48,377 nucleotides of DNA, from the NCBI GenBank assembly GCA_045658205.1, contig JAZOUM010000004.1, positions 1-48,377 of the forward strand. The letters are read 5' to 3'. Source of the stretch: Eubacteriales bacterium (GTDB lineage Bacteria > Bacillota > Clostridia > Oscillospirales > CAG-272). Below are positions 36,907-47,486 of the stretch, piece by piece. How positions within the stretch are numbered: the stretch's first letter is position 1; the number at the start of each line of letters is the position of its first letter. A model generated the notes under the pieces. That model did not search any database. It saw only the letters and a list, made by a program, of their open reading frames with translations, and was not told the DNA's origin. The translations under genes and the position numbers were made by a program.

Positions 36907-37610
36907 TTAATAGCTCGCTTGACAAACGACTCTTGTCTTGCGCTGACTATGTGAGGGCGGGAGCTGTCTTTGCCGACATCGGCACTGATCACGGCTACCT
37001 GCCCATCTTTCTTTTGAAGCGCTCTCACATAAAGCGTGCCTATCTATCGGATGTTAACAAGGGACCTCTTGCATCTGCGGAGCGTAATGCTCGTGCGGAG
37101 GGGCTCTCGGACAAATGCGAGTTTATTCTGACGGACGGCGCCGCGGCTCTTTCGGACAAGGGTATCACGGATTATGCAATATGCGGTATGGGCGGTGAGC
37201 TCATAGCGAGAATTATAGAGGATGCTCCTCATCTTAAGGATAGATCTGTAAGGCTGATACTACAGCCTATGACTAAGCAAGAATATCTTAGACGCTATCT
37301 TGCATCTAACGGCTTTTCGGTGCTTGACGAGCGCTTCTCATACGACTCCGGCAAGTATTACGTGACTATGGTTGCAGAGTATACCGGGGAGAAGTTAATC
37401 CTCTCCTCTGAGGAGGCGGAGCTTGGTATGAGTTTGCCTCATAACCTTGACCGTGTTGAGTATTTAGGCTTTTTAGAGGGTAAAAAGCGCGCCGCTAAAA
37501 AAGCGCTTGACGGAAAGAGATCGGGCGGATATGATGCATCCGAGGAGAAATATACTATCGATATGATAGACCGACGCATAGCATCTCTCGACGAGAACGG
37601 AGGAAAATAA
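36903..37610 (+). CDS. trmK: tRNA (adenine22-N1)-methyltransferase
   Basis: ADIGTDHGYLP, GPL..A, ICGMGGELI, LILQPM; upstream of Nif3-like gene. Confidence 0.92.
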   Translation: MINSSLDKRLLSCADYVRAGAVFADIGTDHGYLPIFLLKRSHIKRAYLSDVNKGPLASAERNARAEGLSDKCEFILTDGAAALSDKGITDYAICGMGGELIARIIEDAPHLKDRSVRLILQPMTKQEYLRRYLASNGFSVLDERFSYDSGKYYVTMVAEYTGEKLILSSEEAELGMSLPHNLDRVEYLGFLEGKKRAAKKALDGKRSGGYDASEEKYTIDMIDRRIASLDENGGK

Positions 37611-37611
37611 A

Positions 37612-38373
37612 ATGACTGTAAAAACTATATATGAAAAGCTTACGGAACGCATACCGGAGTATCTGCGCGAGGAGTGGGATAACGACGGTCTTATGTGCTC
37701 GTCCGACGATAGCCGTGAGGTGAAGCGCGCTCTCGTAACGCTTGACGTAACAGAGGATATTGTTGATTACGCGGTGTCTCACGACATCGATCTTATAGTT
37801 TCACATCACCCTCTGATATTCAAGCCTCTTTGCTCGGTTACCGAGAATTCGCACGTTTCGAGAAAGGTGATCAAGCTTATTAAGAACGATATCTCCGTAA
37901 TGTCCTTTCACACCAGAGCCGACAAGGTCGAGGGCGGGGTAAACGATATTCTCGCGGAGATCCTTGGTATGAAGGATGCCGTTCCGTTTGGCGAGGGAGA
38001 TCTCGGTAGGATCGGTACTCTTCCCGAGGAGCTGAATATGGAGGACTTCTCATATTTACTTAAAGGACTTCTGGATTGTGATGGCGTTAAGGTTTCCGAC
38101 GCTCTTATTCCCGTGCAGAGAGTTGCTGTTGTGGGCGGTGACGGAAAGTCGTATGTTTCTGCGGCGCTTAAGGCGGGTGCTGATACCTTTGTTTCCGGCA
38201 GGATCGGCTACAACGTGATGGCTGAAGCCGGAGAGATGGGAATAAATCTTCTTGAGGCGGGCCACTTCTTTACCGAGCAGCCTGTGACTCAGTTCTTCCA
38301 GTCGCTTCTTTATAGACTCGATCCCGATATGTACGTCGAGATCATGGATTCAAACGTTATAAGATTGATTTAA
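37612..38373 (+). CDS. Nif3-like dinuclear metal centre protein (YqfO/YbgI family)
   Basis: WDNDGL, SHHPLIF, FHT..D, AGHFFTE. Confidence 0.9.
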   Translation: MTVKTIYEKLTERIPEYLREEWDNDGLMCSSDDSREVKRALVTLDVTEDIVDYAVSHDIDLIVSHHPLIFKPLCSVTENSHVSRKVIKLIKNDISVMSFHTRADKVEGGVNDILAEILGMKDAVPFGEGDLGRIGTLPEELNMEDFSYLLKGLLDCDGVKVSDALIPVQRVAVVGGDGKSYVSAALKAGADTFVSGRIGYNVMAEAGEMGINLLEAGHFFTEQPVTQFFQSLLYRLDPDMYVEIMDSNVIRLI

Positions 38374-38412
38374 AAAAAGTGGGCGAAGCAACTACGGCTT
38401 CGCCCACTTTTT
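38374..38412. terminator. Bidirectional terminator
   Basis: AAAAAGTGGGCGAAGC-aactacg-GCTTCGCCCACTTTTT. Confidence 0.88.
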
Positions 38413-38427
38413 ACTTATGATAGACTG

Positions 38428-39312
38428 TTACTTTCCCTCTTCGTATTCTTCGATAACCTTGTCGATCTTATCTCGAGTTATCTTGGTTGGGAGCCACATC
38501 GGCAGACGCATATCCGGCTTACAAAGATCCTTTTTTGCCATTGCGTATTTGACGGGCGCGGGATTGGTTTCAAGGAAAAGTGCATTGATTACCGGCAATA
38601 GCTTTTGTTGGGATAACAGACTATTTTTTGCATTATTTGAAAAGTATTCTTTACAAATAGATATCGTTTCCTTTGGATAGAGGTTGGACACAACGGATAT
38701 AACTCCGAGCCCTCCGAGTGATAAAACACTGTGTATTTGTGAGTCGTTTCCTGCGTAAAGAGCGAGGGACGGTATCCTTGAAATTGCGATCAGTCTATCG
38801 AGCGAGTCAGAGGCTTCCTTGATTCCGACTATACGCTCGTTTTCGGATAATCGTTCAAGAGTTTCAAGGCTGAGATTAACTCCTGTTCGCGATGGTACAT
38901 TGTAGAGCAGCATAGGCGCCTCGCTTACCTTTGCTATCTCCTCGTAATGCTTTACCACGCCCTCGGCAGTACCTCTGTTATAGTATGGAGTCACGATCAG
39001 CACGCCGTCACATCCAAGGCGGGATGCATATTCCGTGTGCTTTACGGCTACGCGCGTGTCGTTGGTTCCTGTACCGAATATCAGCTTACACCTTCCGCCG
39101 ATATATTCCTTTGCTCGCCTGAAAAGCTCGTATCTTTCAATGTCCTCAAGTGTGGCGGCCTCGGCGGTAGTGCCACCTATTACGAGCGCGTCTATGCCCG
39201 CATCTATCTGTCTTTCTATAAGGGCGGAAAGCGTTTGATAGTCAACCTCTCCATAAGCGAATGGTGTGATGAGCGCGGTTCCTACGCCGCGAAATATTTC
39301 TGTCTTTTTCAT
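38428..39312 (-). CDS. dapA: 4-hydroxy-tetrahydrodipicolinate synthase
   Basis: ALITPF, GTTAE, VTPYYN, YNVPSRTG, GIKEAS, ETNPAPVK. Confidence 0.94.
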   Translation of the reverse strand: MKKTEIFRGVGTALITPFAYGEVDYQTLSALIERQIDAGIDALVIGGTTAEAATLEDIERYELFRRAKEYIGGRCKLIFGTGTNDTRVAVKHTEYASRLGCDGVLIVTPYYNRGTAEGVVKHYEEIAKVSEAPMLLYNVPSRTGVNLSLETLERLSENERIVGIKEASDSLDRLIAISRIPSLALYAGNDSQIHSVLSLGGLGVISVVSNLYPKETISICKEYFSNNAKNSLLSQQKLLPVINALFLETNPAPVKYAMAKKDLCKPDMRLPMWLPTKITRDKIDKVIEEYEEGK

Positions 39313-39351
39313 AAGGCCTCCTAAACCTACTAAAAAAATGCGAGCATATAC

Positions 39352-39380
39352 TTGAAAAAAATTTTAAAATGTTATATAAT
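39352..39380 (+). promoter_or_regulatory. Sigma-A promoter of queA
   Basis: TTGAAA-17 bp-TATAAT. Confidence 0.65.
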
Positions 39381-39450
39381 AGTTTAAATGCTTACGTATG
39401 CGTATTTTATTATATGCGCATGATACTAATTTTGTTATGTGCGAGGATCA

Positions 39451-40533
39451 ATGGAAAAGCTTAACGAAACAATTGTAAACGAGAGAGTGGATACTGATCT
39501 CACTACTCACGATTTTTATTATGATTTGCCCGAGGAGCTTATAGCTCAGTTCCCATCGGCAGAGCGAGATATGTGCAGACTTATGGTGCTCGATCGTGAG
39601 ACTAAGACGACCGATCACAAAGTGTTCCGCGATATAATCGATTATCTTAACCCCGAGGATATGCTGGTCGTGAATTCATCTAAGGTTATACCCGCAAGAC
39701 TGCTTGGCACGACAGAAAAGACCGGCGCGTCTATGGAACTTTTGCTCCTTAGAATGCTTGATAGCGGCGAGTGGGAAACGCTTGTTCGTCCCGGTAAGCG
39801 CGCAAAGATAGGCGCATCATTCGACTTTGGTGGGATACTTAAGGCTACTGTGACCGACGTGGTAGACGGCGGCAACCGTGTCGTGAGATTTGATTACGAT
39901 ACCGAAAAGTACAAGACCGTGTATGAGGTTCTTGATGCTATAGGCAATATGCCTCTTCCTCCGTACATTACTAAAAAGCTTGAAAACAAGAGCGACTATC
40001 AGACCGTATACGCTAAAGAGGAGGGCTCAGCTGCCGCTCCCACCGCGGGACTTCATTTCACCCCCGAGCTTCTTGAACGCATTAAGGCTAAGGGCGTAGG
40101 CTACGGCGAGGTCACTCTGCACGTAGGACTCGGTACCTTCCGTCCTGTTAAGGTGGATAAGATAGAAGAGCATCTTATGCACGGTGAGTATTTCCATATT
40201 ACCGATGAGGTAGCTAAGGAAATCAATGAGCGCAGAGCTCGAGGCGGCAGAATTATCGCCGTAGGTACAACCTCGTGCCGAGTTTTAGAGAGTGTAAGCA
40301 CTCCCGACGGCAAAGTCCACGCTATCGATGGAGAAACCTCCATTTTCATATATCCCGGTTATAAGTTCAAGGCTGTAGATGCCTTGATCACCAACTTCCA
40401 TCTTCCCGAAAGCACCCTAATAATGCTCGTCAGCGCCCTCGCAGACAAAGAGTTTGTTATGAAGGCTTACGAAGAAGCGGTGAGGGATAGATATCGATTC
40501 TTTTCTTTTGGCGACGCCATGCTGATCGTATAA
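39451..40533 (+). CDS. queA: S-adenosylmethionine:tRNA ribosyltransferase-isomerase
   Basis: [54 protein letters not shown]. Confidence 0.96.
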   Translation: MEKLNETIVNERVDTDLTTHDFYYDLPEELIAQFPSAERDMCRLMVLDRETKTTDHKVFRDIIDYLNPEDMLVVNSSKVIPARLLGTTEKTGASMELLLLRMLDSGEWETLVRPGKRAKIGASFDFGGILKATVTDVVDGGNRVVRFDYDTEKYKTVYEVLDAIGNMPLPPYITKKLENKSDYQTVYAKEEGSAAAPTAGLHFTPELLERIKAKGVGYGEVTLHVGLGTFRPVKVDKIEEHLMHGEYFHITDEVAKEINERRARGGRIIAVGTTSCRVLESVSTPDGKVHAIDGETSIFIYPGYKFKAVDALITNFHLPESTLIMLVSALADKEFVMKAYEEAVRDRYRFFSFGDAMLIV

Positions 40534-40539
40534 TTTCCC

Positions 40540-40720
40540 GTGATACGTCGTTGCGCCATCGACTCATCGGCATCGTCGTAGGTAGCTACGGCTTCAACCT
40601 CTTCGCTCGGTGCGCCTCGTCTGACGGAAAATTCTATCGATCAGAGCTGATCGTCGAGTTTTAGTGACACGTCGTTGCGCCATCGACTCATCGGTATCGC
40701 CGTAGGTAGCTACGGCTTCA
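40540..40720. repeat. Two 57-bp direct repeats, REP-like hairpin element
   Basis: 40540-40596 and 40664-40720 differ at 3 positions; core GYCGTAG-GTAG-CTACGGC hairpin. Confidence 0.9.
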
Positions 40721-40755
40721 TATTATTCCATCATCAAACATTGAAGGATACAAAA

Positions 40756-41568
40756 ATGGATTTTGCTTGTCCTAAGTGCAAGGGCGAATTGGTCCTTGTT
40801 GGTAACACTAAAAAATGTAATAACAATCATTGCTTCGATAAAGCTAAGGCGGGGTATTTTAATCTTTTGCTTGGTGTTGGCGGAGGTACTCACGGAGATA
40901 ATGCCGAGATGGTAGAGGCGCGTCGCGCGTTTTTATCTTCGGGACACTACGAGCCACTTGCGGACAAGCTTTCATCTGCGGTTTTATCGCGCTCCAATAC
41001 AGGAGATTGCATTCTTGACGCGGGGTGTGGAGAGGGCTATTATACCGATAAGGTGGAGCGCTCACTTCGTGCTCGCGACGGTAAAAGCTGTGTACTTGCA
41101 TTTGATATTTCACGCGATGCCGTTAAGTATGCGGCAAAGCGTAACCGTGATATTTCCTTGGCTGTCGCTACATCTTACGATATGCCGCTTTCCGACGGAT
41201 CTGTGGACGTGATATTCAACGCCTTTTCACCGTTAGCGATCGATGAAGTACGCCGTGTACTTCGCACGGGTGGTAGCTTTGTTATGGTTTACCCTGGCAG
41301 AGAGCATCTTTTTGGACTTAAGTCGGTTATATATAAGACCCCCTATAAAAACGAGCCGGAAGAAACCGAGATCGATGGTTTCAGACTCGTATCTCACGAT
41401 ATCCTCTCATACGATTTAAAGCTTGATACACCCGAGGATATCCGTTCGTTATTTATGATGACACCGTATGCGTATCGCACATCCAAGGAGGATAGAGAGA
41501 GAGTTCTCTCGCTTTCCGAGGTTACCACTACAGTGGAATTTGTGATCGATGTGTACGAAAAGATATAG
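40756..41568 (+). CDS. rlmA: 23S rRNA (guanine745/748-N1)-methyltransferase RlmA-like
   Basis: Zn finger CPKC..C...H.FD, GDNAEMV.ARR.FL..G.Y, LDAGCGEGYY, MTPY; real start ATG 40756 (upstream extension lies in the repeat). Confidence 0.87.
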   Translation: MDFACPKCKGELVLVGNTKKCNNNHCFDKAKAGYFNLLLGVGGGTHGDNAEMVEARRAFLSSGHYEPLADKLSSAVLSRSNTGDCILDAGCGEGYYTDKVERSLRARDGKSCVLAFDISRDAVKYAAKRNRDISLAVATSYDMPLSDGSVDVIFNAFSPLAIDEVRRVLRTGGSFVMVYPGREHLFGLKSVIYKTPYKNEPEETEIDGFRLVSHDILSYDLKLDTPEDIRSLFMMTPYAYRTSKEDRERVLSLSEVTTTVEFVIDVYEKI

Positions 41569-41582
41569 AGGAGGTAATACTC

Positions 41583-42020
41583 TTGGATATTACGCATGGA
41601 AAATACCTCGGCGTAGATTACGGTGACAAGCGCACCGGTCTTGCTGAGTGTGATATATCCGGTCTTATTGCCGGAGGAATCGGAACTATTTCCGAGGGCG
41701 GTATGCGAAAGACCGCTATCAAGGTTGCTGAAGAGGCTAAAATCCGTTCTTGTAAAAAGATCGTCATAGGCTTACCGAAGAATATGGATGGATCTGAAGG
41801 ACCGAGAGCCGACGTCATTAAGGCGTTCGGAGCGCTTCTTGCGGAGCTTACCGATATTCCTATCGATTACTACGATGAGCGTATGACGACTATGGTTGCT
41901 TACCGTTTTCTTGGTGAGACCGGAACCTATGGTAAAAAACGTAAGGAAACCGTCGATACTCTCTCGGCGCAAATTATTTTGCAAAATTACATAGACCGTG
42001 AAAGGGCTATGAAAAAATAA
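41583..42020 (+). CDS. ruvX: YqgF/RuvX family nuclease (pre-16S rRNA processing)
   Basis: LGVDYGDKRTGLA, IGLPKNMDGS, DERMTT, D..SA..ILQ; TTG start with GGAGG. Confidence 0.93.
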   Translation: MDITHGKYLGVDYGDKRTGLAECDISGLIAGGIGTISEGGMRKTAIKVAEEAKIRSCKKIVIGLPKNMDGSEGPRADVIKAFGALLAELTDIPIDYYDERMTTMVAYRFLGETGTYGKKRKETVDTLSAQIILQNYIDRERAMKK

Positions 42021-42063
42021 TATTTTATTTTTCCGCATTCTGATACGGATAAGGAGGTAAGGT

Positions 42064-43170
42064 ATGAGTAAAAATGGTAAAGTCTTAACACGTATACGCG
42101 CTTATCTTAAGAAAAAAGGCGTTTCGCTTTCACCAAAGACATATTTTGTGGACGCTATGGGCGCTATGGCGCTCGGACTTTTCGCGTCGCTTCTTATGGC
42201 GACAATTTTTGGCGCGGTCTTAAGATATATTCCGAGCGGAAACGCGCTTTACGAGCTTCTTACGCTTTTATCACGTTATGCTCCTGCCACGGGCGGAGCA
42301 ACCGGCGCTGTTCTCGGTATTGCCGTAGCTTATGCTCTTAAGGCTCCGGCGCTCGTTATGTTCGCTTCTGGAGTTGTCGGACTTTGCGGCAATGATATGC
42401 TCACAGCTATCACGGCTACGGACGGCGTTGTAAAAAACGTTGCCGCCGGTCCTGCCGGAGCGTTTATATGTGTGCTTGTCGCATGTGAGATCGGTAAGCT
42501 GGTTTCCGGTGAGACTAAGGTAGACATCATTGTTACGCCTGCCGTCACTCTCACAGTGGGTATGGCAACTGCTATGCTTATATGTCCCGCCATTGCTTAC
42601 GTTATGTATTGGCTCGGATATTTTATCAACTACGCAACAACGATACTTCCGTTCTTTATGGGGATCATAATCGCCGTAGTTGTTGGTATCGTTTTGACTC
42701 TTCCAATCTCATCCGCCGCCGTATGCGCTATGATCGGCATCACCGGTCTTGCGGGAGGCGCCGCCGTCGCGGGCTGTTGCGCGCAGATGGTTGGCTTTGC
42801 CGTAGCGTCATTCCGCGAGAATAGATGGGGCGGCGTTGTCGCTCAGGGCATCGGTACGTCTATGCTACAAATGGGCAACATAGTTAAAAAACCGATAGTA
42901 TGGTTACCCGCTACGCTTTCCGCGGCTGTGACCGGTCCTGTGGCAACCTGCTTGTTTAAGCTTGAATGCACCGGAGTATCCGCAGGTATGGGTACGTGCG
43001 GACTTGTAGGACCGATCGGTGTGTTTACGGATATGGGATTCACCGCTCAGTCCATTTTAGGAGTTATCACGGTATGCCTTGTGCTGCCTGCGGCTCTTTC
43101 ACTTGTATTTTCCGAGTTAATGAGAAGGCTCGGTTTGATAAAAATAGGCGATCTAAAGCTTGACCTTTGA
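42064..43170 (+). CDS. PfoR-family (PTS EIIC-like) membrane protein
   Basis: Highly hydrophobic; MALGLFASL, T.VDIIVTP, LPISSAA, QGIGTSMLQ, GMGTCGLVG. Confidence 0.82.
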   Translation: MSKNGKVLTRIRAYLKKKGVSLSPKTYFVDAMGAMALGLFASLLMATIFGAVLRYIPSGNALYELLTLLSRYAPATGGATGAVLGIAVAYALKAPALVMFASGVVGLCGNDMLTAITATDGVVKNVAAGPAGAFICVLVACEIGKLVSGETKVDIIVTPAVTLTVGMATAMLICPAIAYVMYWLGYFINYATTILPFFMGIIIAVVVGIVLTLPISSAAVCAMIGITGLAGGAAVAGCCAQMVGFAVASFRENRWGGVVAQGIGTSMLQMGNIVKKPIVWLPATLSAAVTGPVATCLFKLECTGVSAGMGTCGLVGPIGVFTDMGFTAQSILGVITVCLVLPAALSLVFSELMRRLGLIKIGDLKLDL

Positions 43171-43193
43171 TTTTAGATAAGGAGAAATTGACA

Positions 43194-44648
43194 ATGTCTG
43201 AAATGAATTATACGCTTCTTTGTGATTTCTATGAATTAACTATGGCTAACGGATATTTTGAGCTTGGTAAGGCGGACGAGATATCCTATTTTGACGTATT
43301 CTTCCGTAAGGTGCCGGATGGTGGTGGATTTGCCATTGCCGCAGGTCTTGAGCAGGTTATTGATTACGTAAAAAGTCTTAAGTTTACTGAGGATGATATA
43401 GCCTTTCTTAAGTCAAAGAAGCTTTTCTCAGAGGAGTTTCTTGAGTATCTTAGAACCTTCCACTTCACAGGCGATATATACGCGGTTCCCGAAGGAACGC
43501 CTATTTTCCCGGGCGAACCCATTATGACGGTCTGCGCTCCATCCGTTGAGGCGCAGTTTATCGAGACGTACATTCTCCTTTGTCTCAATCATCAGTCGCT
43601 CATCGCTACTAAGGCGAACAGGATCGTAAGAGCCGCTCAGGGCAGACCTGTTATGGAATTCGGCGCAAGACGCGCGCAGGGAGCTGAAGGGTCTATTCTC
43701 GGATCAAGAGCGGCATACATAGGCGGATGCGTGGCTACTGCTACTGCGATATCCGACAAAAAATTCGACATACCCGCAACAGGTACTATGGCGCACTCGT
43801 GGGTGCAGATGTTTGATACCGAGTACGAGGCGTTTGAGTCCTACTGTAAGATCTATCCGAATAACGCGACGCTTCTTGTCGATACGTACGATGTTCTTAA
43901 GAGTGGTATTCCAAATGCTATCAAGGCGTTTGACAACGTGCTTAAGCCTCTTGGAATAAAGCAGTGCGGTATCCGTCTTGATTCCGGAGATATTACGTAC
44001 CTTTCAAAAAAAGCGAGAAAGATGCTGGATGAGGCGGGATATACCGAGTGTAAGATCGTAGTGTCCAACTCTCTTGACGAGATAATCATACGCGACCTCA
44101 TACTTCAGGGTGCGAGAATAGATACGTTTGGAGTCGGTGAAAGACTTATTACCGCAAAATCCAATCCCGTATTTGGCGGCGTATATAAGCTTGTTGCCGT
44201 AGAGAAGGACGGTGAGATCACGCCTAAGATAAAAATCTCCGAGAATCCCGAGAAAATAACAAATCCTCACTTCAAGAAGGTATATAGAATCTTTGACAAC
44301 GAGACCGGCACGGCTATTGCCGATCAGCTTTGCGTCTTTGACGAAACGATAGATGAGAATGAGCCTCTTGAGCTCTTTGATCCTGTGCAGGTGTGGAAAA
44401 CCAAGACGGTTACCAATTATACCGCGAAGGAGCTGCTCGTTCCTATTTTCAAGAGCGGCGAATGCGTCTATGAATGTCCCAATATTCACGAGGTACAGGC
44501 GTATTGCAAGGAACAGATAATGACGCTGTGGGATGAAGTTAAGAGATTTGAGAATCCTCACAAATACTACGTCGACCTGTCGCGTAAGCTTTGGGATATT
44601 AAGCAAAAGCTGCTTATGAACAGAGGAAAAAATAATGGAAATAAATAA
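43194..44648 (+). CDS. pncB: Nicotinate phosphoribosyltransferase
   Basis: D.YELTM, EFGARRAQG, GTMAHSW, LVDTYD, RLDSGD, GGVYKL. Confidence 0.95.
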   Translation: MSEMNYTLLCDFYELTMANGYFELGKADEISYFDVFFRKVPDGGGFAIAAGLEQVIDYVKSLKFTEDDIAFLKSKKLFSEEFLEYLRTFHFTGDIYAVPEGTPIFPGEPIMTVCAPSVEAQFIETYILLCLNHQSLIATKANRIVRAAQGRPVMEFGARRAQGAEGSILGSRAAYIGGCVATATAISDKKFDIPATGTMAHSWVQMFDTEYEAFESYCKIYPNNATLLVDTYDVLKSGIPNAIKAFDNVLKPLGIKQCGIRLDSGDITYLSKKARKMLDEAGYTECKIVVSNSLDEIIIRDLILQGARIDTFGVGERLITAKSNPVFGGVYKLVAVEKDGEITPKIKISENPEKITNPHFKKVYRIFDNETGTAIADQLCVFDETIDENEPLELFDPVQVWKTKTVTNYTAKELLVPIFKSGECVYECPNIHEVQAYCKEQIMTLWDEVKRFENPHKYYVDLSRKLWDIKQKLLMNRGKNNGNK

Positions 44649-45666
44649 TATCAGCAATAGAAAAAGAGTGTTGATAATCCACACGGGTGGCACTATTGGT
44701 ATGAAAAAGACACCAAACGGCTACACCCCCGTGCCGGGATATCTTTCCGAGGAGTTAAAGACTATACCTGATCTTAACAGATCTGATTTTCCCGCGTGGG
44801 ATCTTTATGAAATGTCTCCGCTTCTCGACTCGTCGAATATGAGCGTTGACGAATGGAACGAGATAGGCAAGGTTATATACGAAAAGTACGCGGATTATTC
44901 CGGATTCGTCATTTTGCACGGAACGGATACTATGGCGTATACCGCGTCTGCTCTCTCATTTATGCTCGAGGGGCTTGATAAGCCTATCATATTGACCGGA
45001 TCTCAGATACCTCTGTCTGAGCTTCGTTCCGATGGAAGAGATAATCTTATTACTTCGGTTATGATAGCGAGCGAGGGGGTAGCGTGTGAGGTTTGCCTCT
45101 ATTTCAGCTCCAGACTTCTTCGCGGTAACCGTTCTATGAAAATGAGCGCCGACGGACTCGTCGCCTTTGATTCTCCGAGTTATCCTCATCTTGCGGAGGC
45201 GGGTATTACCGTAAAGTATAATCGATCTGCTATTCAGGCTAAAAGAGAGGGAGGTATCAAATACCATCCCTTCCTTAAGGTGCCGATAGGCGTTCTTAAG
45301 GTATTCCCGGGTATTCAGTTCGGACTTTTTGAGGATATCATGACCGAGAAGCTTTCGGGTATCGTGCTTGAGACCTTTGGCGCGGGCAATATTCCTATGG
45401 GTAACGGAGATCTTTTGCCTATCATCAAAAAGGCGTTTTCCTCCGGTACTGTTATAACGGTATGCTCGCAATGTCCAAGCGGCACGGTTGCTCTTGGCGC
45501 TTATGAGACCTCATCGAAGCTCAAGAGCGCGGGAGCTGTCAGCGGCAGAGATATGACCACTGAGGCTGCCGTAGCCAAGCTTTATCACCTTTTCAGTCTT
45601 GGAGTTTCGCAAAAAGAGGTGAAAAGACTTATGGAAGATAATATAGCGGGCGAGCTTACCAAATAA
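44635..45666 (+). CDS. ansA: L-asparaginase type I
   Basis: TGGTIGM, LDSSNM, HGTDTMAY, TGSQIP, DMTTEAA..KL; no signal peptide. Confidence 0.93.
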   Translation: MEINNISNRKRVLIIHTGGTIGMKKTPNGYTPVPGYLSEELKTIPDLNRSDFPAWDLYEMSPLLDSSNMSVDEWNEIGKVIYEKYADYSGFVILHGTDTMAYTASALSFMLEGLDKPIILTGSQIPLSELRSDGRDNLITSVMIASEGVACEVCLYFSSRLLRGNRSMKMSADGLVAFDSPSYPHLAEAGITVKYNRSAIQAKREGGIKYHPFLKVPIGVLKVFPGIQFGLFEDIMTEKLSGIVLETFGAGNIPMGNGDLLPIIKKAFSSGTVITVCSQCPSGTVALGAYETSSKLKSAGAVSGRDMTTEAAVAKLYHLFSLGVSQKEVKRLMEDNIAGELTK

Positions 45667-45726
45667 GAATTAATTATAATTGCGCCTCATAAATTCTAAT
45701 AAGATACAATTTAAATCGGAGAATTT

Positions 45727-46173
45727 ATGAAAAGAGCCATTGTTTCATTTATCGTATGCTTAGCGCTTCTCACCTCCTGTTCAAAAAAACAGAGCGCGGA
45801 GGATGTAGTCTTAGGATTAATCAGAGAATATCCGATAGATTCTATTGTATATTCTTCCCGTTGCGAGAAGGTAGATGAAGGATATATAGACGAACAGATG
45901 CTGGTGCTTTTGTTTGGTGTTGATGAATATCCGGTAGATGATTTTGCGCTTGTTTTGTACGGTAAAGTTGACATCGTGCAGGAAATCGGCGTATTTTTCA
46001 CTCATAATAGCGATGAGCGCATGAAAGTAACAATGCTTTTATCCGAGCGTATAGCTCTGCTTGATTCCTTGAGTAACGGCGAGGGCTTTATCAAAAAATA
46101 CCGATCGGCTATCGTATACGGCTTTGTTGATGATCCGGACCGGGTGATAAGCATTTTCGATAAATTGATGTGA
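45727..46173 (+). CDS. Hypothetical lipoprotein
   Basis: Signal peptide with lipobox LTSC; GGAG RBS. Confidence 0.7.
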   Translation: MKRAIVSFIVCLALLTSCSKKQSAEDVVLGLIREYPIDSIVYSSRCEKVDEGYIDEQMLVLLFGVDEYPVDDFALVLYGKVDIVQEIGVFFTHNSDERMKVTMLLSERIALLDSLSNGEGFIKKYRSAIVYGFVDDPDRVISIFDKLM

Positions 46174-46213
46174 AGACAAGTGATACACAGTAAATACAGG
46201 AAAGAGAAAAAAT

Positions 46214-47437
46214 ATGGATTTTATGAATTCGTTTGAGGAAAGATCCTCATACCCCGAGGTAATACTTTGCAAGTTCGGCGAGGTTATACTTAAGGGAAAC
46301 AACAGACAAAACTTTGAGTCCGGACTTGTAAAGGAGCTTCGTCGCAGAGCGTCTCCTTACGGCAATTTTAAGATATACTTCAAGCAGAGCACAATATACG
46401 TTGAGCCTCTTAACGATCAGTGTGATATGGAGGGAATGTACGCCGCCGCCAAGAAGGTATTTGGCATCGTAGCCGTCAATCGTGCCGCGGTTTGCGACAA
46501 AAATATGGATTCCATCAAGGAGTGCGCGGCAAATTATCTTCCTCTTAAGCTTCAGGGCAAGAGAACCTTTAAGGTTGACGCTAAGCGTTCCGATAAAAAG
46601 TTCCCCTTGACATCTCCCGAGATCTCCCGTGATATTGGCGGAGTTATACTTTCTACCGTCAGAGGTATCAAGGTAGACGTAAAAAATCCTGACGTTATAG
46701 TAACCGTTGAGGTGCGTGACGATCATGCGTATATCAGAGCCGGACAGGAGCCCGGCGCAGGTGGATTACCGCTTCGTTCCGCAGGACGCGGTCTGCTTCT
46801 GCTTTCGGGTGGCATAGATTCGCCCGTGGCGGGATGTATGATGGCAAAGCGCGGTATGGAGATCGAGGCTCTCCACTTTGAGTCCTTCCCCTATACCTCG
46901 GAAAGAGCTAAGGAAAAGGTTATGCAGCTTGCGCAAGAGATGTGCGAGTTCTGCGCAAGAATACACGTCCACGTCATTTCTCTCACTCATATTCAGGAGG
47001 AGCTTCGCGATAAGTGCGAGGAGGATTATTTCACTATTCTTCTACGTATCTTTATGATGCGCCTTGCGGAGCGTTGCGCGGCTGATTACAAGTGCGGAGC
47101 GCTCGTTACGGGCGAGAGCCTTGGACAGGTTGCGTCGCAGACTCTTGCGGCTATCGGCGTTACTGACAGCGTGGTAAACATTCCCGTCTTCCGTCCCTGC
47201 ATCGGACTTGATAAGAACGAGATCATTACCTATGCCAGACATTACGGCACCTTCGATACCTCCATTCTTCCGTTCGAGGATTGCTGTACCGTGTTTACTC
47301 CCAAGCACCCCAAGACTCAGCCTAAGATTGAGCTCGTTATGAAGGAGCTTGAAAAGGTGGATTTTGACGGACTTCTTGAGGAGGCGTACGCATCGATGTA
47401 CACCGAGACTAAAAAGGTGTTTGACAGTTACAAATAA
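46214..47437 (+). CDS. thiI: tRNA 4-thiouridine synthase (THUMP plus PP-loop, no rhodanese domain)
   Basis: GEVILKG.NR, LLSGGIDSPVA, TGESLGQVASQT, EDCC. Confidence 0.95.
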   Translation: MDFMNSFEERSSYPEVILCKFGEVILKGNNRQNFESGLVKELRRRASPYGNFKIYFKQSTIYVEPLNDQCDMEGMYAAAKKVFGIVAVNRAAVCDKNMDSIKECAANYLPLKLQGKRTFKVDAKRSDKKFPLTSPEISRDIGGVILSTVRGIKVDVKNPDVIVTVEVRDDHAYIRAGQEPGAGGLPLRSAGRGLLLLSGGIDSPVAGCMMAKRGMEIEALHFESFPYTSERAKEKVMQLAQEMCEFCARIHVHVISLTHIQEELRDKCEEDYFTILLRIFMMRLAERCAADYKCGALVTGESLGQVASQTLAAIGVTDSVVNIPVFRPCIGLDKNEIITYARHYGTFDTSILPFEDCCTVFTPKHPKTQPKIELVMKELEKVDFDGLLEEAYASMYTETKKVFDSYK

Positions 47438-47486
47438 TTTATCATGAACCGGATAAATTCCAACTCATTATCGGAGGAAGTTTAAA

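Noticed and set aside
39313-39450. Lysine riboswitch before dapA or preQ1 riboswitch before queA; sporulation-sigma promoter (CATATAAT) for dapA
   Set aside because: Region is short and AT-rich with no riboswitch cores seen; the sigma-E/K-like match is too degenerate to support.
40675-40755. N-terminal extension of rlmA ORF
   Set aside because: Lies in the 57-bp repeat; the Zn-finger domain and RBS point to ATG 40756.
41583-42020. Phage or mobile-element resolvase
   Set aside because: Ordinary housekeeping YqgF/RuvX in a core-gene context.
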